Assembly (NCBI GenBank): GCA_002104945.1
Contig: MCFH01000018.1
Location: 62,001-126,000 of the forward strand
Source of the DNA: Piromyces finnis finn
Taxonomy: Eukaryota; Fungi; Neocallimastigomycota
Reading direction: 5' to 3'
DNA: 64,000 bases
Position numbers and translations under genes: made by a program. Below the pieces are notes generated by a model. It saw nothing but the letters and a program-made list of their open reading frames with translations. It had not been told where the DNA came from and ran no database searches. Every line of letters begins with the position of its first letter. Position 1 is the first letter of the stretch. Shown piece by piece: positions 55,451 through 64,000 of this stretch.

Positions 55451-58400
55451 ATGATATCAATGGAAACCTTTTATGGAATAATTGAAACTACTAATGATGC
55501 TTTACTACTTTTTGAAGCCTCACATTTAGGAATTGTACAAAAAGTTAGAAGAAGATTACATGAAAAAGAGAGAAAAGAATTACGTTCAGGTTCTTGTTAT
55601 ATTTTTTCAGAATCAGAATCTGGTATAAAACGATGGTAATTTATTAAAAATCATACATTATTAAATGACTTAATATTTATTTAAATTTTAACATATAAAT
55701 ATTTTATTATAGGACTGATGGAAGATTATGGTCTCCTAGTAGGATATTGGGTAAAATTAATTTAAAATACTAAAAATACATATATTCATATTATATATAT
55801 TGATAGAATTATAATAACTTTTATAATCGTAATATTTATAATGTATTAACAGGTAATTTTCTAATTTATAGAGAAGTCGAGAAAAAAATATCAAAAAAGA
55901 ATTTAAAAGCTACAGATAAATTATTTGAAGGAATACCATCTAAATTAACAGCTAAAGGAAGTAAAGGTGCTTATGTTTTCAAAGAAAAGGGATTACTTAA
56001 AAAAACAATATCGGCTATAATGAACAATCAACAACATCATCTTGTTTGTTATGTATGCAATTTATAATTGTTTGATATTAATTAAATTGTAAATACGTTT
56101 ATTAATTTCAGTATTTTATATTTATATTATATTATAATTTAAAATCAAAAAAGTATACTAAAGAAGACGGTAAGATAATATAAAATAACATAAATAACAC
56201 AAATAAAACTTTTAATATTTTCACTATTAATATATAATAATAAATTAGCCCAATATGGTCGACTTAGAACTCCAAGAGATTTTAAGAAATTTTCTAATAT
56301 AAAAATACCTATAGAATTAATTAAGCAACAAAACTTTAGAAAACCTCCTACTGCCATATCTTCGTTAATGTTAAAAGGAAATACTACCATATTTATCAAT
56401 TCAAAAGAAGACTACCGGAATTCGAAAAATAATAATAATATAATGTTATTAGATAAAGATGAAATTAGTAATGAAGATAGTGATGTTGACTGTAGTATTA
56501 ACTCTGGTAATAAAAGAAACCATAATTTGCAAAATCATAGTAGTACTACGACAATAAATGGTAATTTAACAAGTAGCGATAATGAAAATGGCTATGAATT
56601 TGATTTTATCAATAGCAATAAAAATTACCTCAAAAAAAAAAATAACAAACGTGATAATAGTGGAGAAAATAATTCTGAATCTACTATTAATGATGTTGAT
56701 TCTATATCTTCATTATCTACAGATCTTTCTTCTATTAGTGTAAGTATAACAAATGATGATGATATCAATTTAATCAATGAACAGGATCAACTTCTTTCAA
56801 ATTATTTTTTTAATTTAAGTTCATCTAATGAAAATGAAAATCAAAAAAAAATCAATGATGTTAAAGATGATGAAAGTAATAGCACTTTTAAATAAAATAG
56901 TATAAAAATAATTAAAATAAATATATTAATTTATATATATATAATAAATATTAGCCATTAAGACAGATGATTTTATGCTTCAAAAAAATAATGATTTATC
57001 TAGTCTGGATAATACAGAACCAAATGATAATACTTCTATAAATAATTCTTCTGTTTTTCTTCCTCTAAAATCACCATTAGATAATCAAGGTTCTTGTGAT
57101 TTTACTAATCCTGAATTTAATATTTTTTCTTCTCTACATAATACAAACCCTTTTTTACCTATTAAGCCAGATTTTAATATTAATGTTTCATCATTAAACA
57201 CTATGCCAAATATAAATATGAATCCAATTAATACACCAATTTCATTTAATAGTTTCATCAAAGAAAATAATAACAATAATATTATTAATACTGAAATAAA
57301 TCCTATTACTAATGCAACAAATAATATCAATAATTTTAATAATTATCAAAGTTTTAGCAACTATAATAACTACGATATGTTAAATAACGACATTTTTTTT
57401 CAAAATTTTAATGAGGCAACCTCATCAAATTTATTATCACCTTTTTGTTTCAATACTAACAATACTTATAAGGAATCTTTAAATAATAACTTTGGTAAGT
57501 TTTTATTATAAGTTTTTTTTTTTTTTTTTTTTCATATAAGTTATTACGATTTAATATTTTAATAAATACCTATATTTAAACTTTTTACTAATTAATAGAT
57601 ATTTATTCATTTATTTTCAATGGTATTTATCCAAATAATACATTTGATCTTTCAACCTACAATACTAAAATAGGTATTAATCCAATAGAAAATTTAAATC
57701 CAAATTCTTCAAATATTACATCTTCAATCCCAAACCAAACTTTAAAAATATTTCCTTTTAATAATAACAATAACTGTAAAACTATTATTCAATTTATATA
57801 TTAACATATATAATAAATTATATTATTTCCATTATTAATAAGATAAAAATAATTTAAAAAAATAGCACTTCCAAATTCTCAATTAAACCTTATTAATAAT
57901 GACAACAGAGGAATTAATTTTGAAGATAATAATAATATACCAGCATCAATTATTTCATTAAATAAGCAAAACGTCCCATTATCTGATAAAAATTTAGGTA
58001 TAATCTAAATAAACATAAATATACTTTTAAAAACTAAAATTTGAATTAATCACATTATTATTTTATATATAAAGATTTATTGTCGATTGTTCCATATCCC
58101 CAGTTATTAAATGTTATTAACAAAAAAAGTATTGAAAATAGCAATTTAATAGCACCATCTTCTAATTTATCATCATTAAACATCACAGAAAAGAACTACA
58201 ATAATATATTAAATTCAAATGCTTGTAATATTAACTTAACAAAGGAATGTTTATCATCTGTATCATTAAATTGCGATATATTTAAAGAAGAAGACCAACT
58301 ATCAAATAAAAATAATAAAAATTTAAATTCTGATAAAATGAGTGTAGATGACCACTCTTCAAATAGTATTACTAAAAAGAATTATAATAATAATGAAAAT

Positions 58401-58775
58401 ATTATAAATATTGAAAATAATAATAATAAGGACATAGTTGCATTGATGGATTTATGTGAAAATACAATATGTAATAAAAAAACACCTTTATCTCAACCAT
58501 CTTCACCATTAATATTTAATAACCTGGAATTACAGTTTAAAAATCATAATGATAATATAAACATGGATCAATTATGTCTTTTTAGTTTTCCTGAAATGAA
58601 TTCTTCCATATTGGATAATGAGAATGATTCTCAAAATAAAGCAATGTCAAATCTACTAAAATCAAAATCATTGACACCCGATATAAAAGATTTTCCTATT
58701 ATCAACAAGGAATCATCATTAGTAACAAACAGTAATAAAAATAATCTATATAATAATTTTAATTTAAGAAATTAG
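55451..58775 (+). CDS. Gti1/Pac2 (WOPR) family transcription factor, Gti1/Wor1-type, with long Asn/Ser-rich C-terminus
   Basis: METFYGIIETTNDALLLFEA...RRRLHEKER...SGIKRW|TDGRLWSPSRIL|GNFLIYRE...GLLKKTIS...HHLVCY|YTKED. Later exons traced in frame (56249-~56875, 56955-57494, 57599-57775, 57866-57997, 58075-58775). Start at 55451 or 55460. Confidence 0.92.
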
Positions 58776-59163
58776 TATAATTTTTATATTTTATAAATTT
58801 TCTATTTTTCATGTATATATTTTAAATCAAATTTTATTTATGTAAATTCTTTATCAATTTTATTTATTCTTTTTTTATAAGCTTATTAATAATCATTTTG
58901 GATATTATATATATAATAAATATATATCCTTTATAATATATTTAAAAAAAATAAAAATAAAAAAGAATTTATAAAATATATAATACTAATTTATTTAAAA
59001 ATATATAAAATTTTTATAAAAATAAGAAAAAAAAAATTGGGTATAATAATAATTAAAAAAAAAATAATAGAAATCAAATATATTATAGAGTAGTATAGTA
59101 GTATAGAATTTTTTCTTAGTTTTTTTTTTTTTTTTTGTATAATTGTATTCAATGCGATCGATA

Positions 59164-59197
<34 letters not shown>

Positions 59198-59241
59198 AAT
59201 CAAGAATTTTTAGTTATAAAAAACTTTATATATCAAATAAT

Positions 59242-63961
<4,720 letters not shown>

Positions 63962-64000
63962 TTTAGATTGATATTATAACAATACAAAAATTAATTAAAT

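Noticed and set aside
56876-56954. Apparent premature stop of the WOPR gene at 56893-56895
   Set aside because: It lies in a GT-AG intron. Splicing to 56955 restores the frame into the next ORF.

Overview
This is extremely AT-rich, intron-rich eukaryotic genomic DNA. The composition, short GT-AG introns, long (AAT)n tracts, flagellar genes and beta-helix/EGF class C GPCRs together point to an anaerobic gut fungus (Neocallimastigomycota); this is an inference, not a database hit. I rebuilt gene models by hand from splice sites. In order they are: a 5'-truncated CatSper1-like Ca2+ channel subunit, IBA57/CAF17, TVP23, FAM32A-like, a Nudix hydrolase, a bacterial-type (YcbL/GloC-like) metallo-beta-lactamase-fold gene with 5 introns, aspartate kinase HOM3, two tandem class C 7TM receptors with beta-helix plus EGF ectodomains, an intronless 1829-aa Munc13-like C2/MUN protein, MSH3, a Gti1/Wor1-type WOPR transcription factor and an SCLT1/CEP89-like basal-body coiled-coil protein. 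The gene-poor stretch from about 33.4 to 41.1 kb holds several GC-rich structured islands, a 120-bp retro-insertion with an 18-bp target-site duplication, and a dispersed repeat also found at 8.4 kb. A further GC-rich degenerate coding island lies at 47.7-48.1 kb. I found no rRNA, tRNA or CRISPR array. The most notable items are the CatSper1 orthologue, the GPCR pair, the retro-insertion and structured islands, and the probable horizontally acquired MBL gene.
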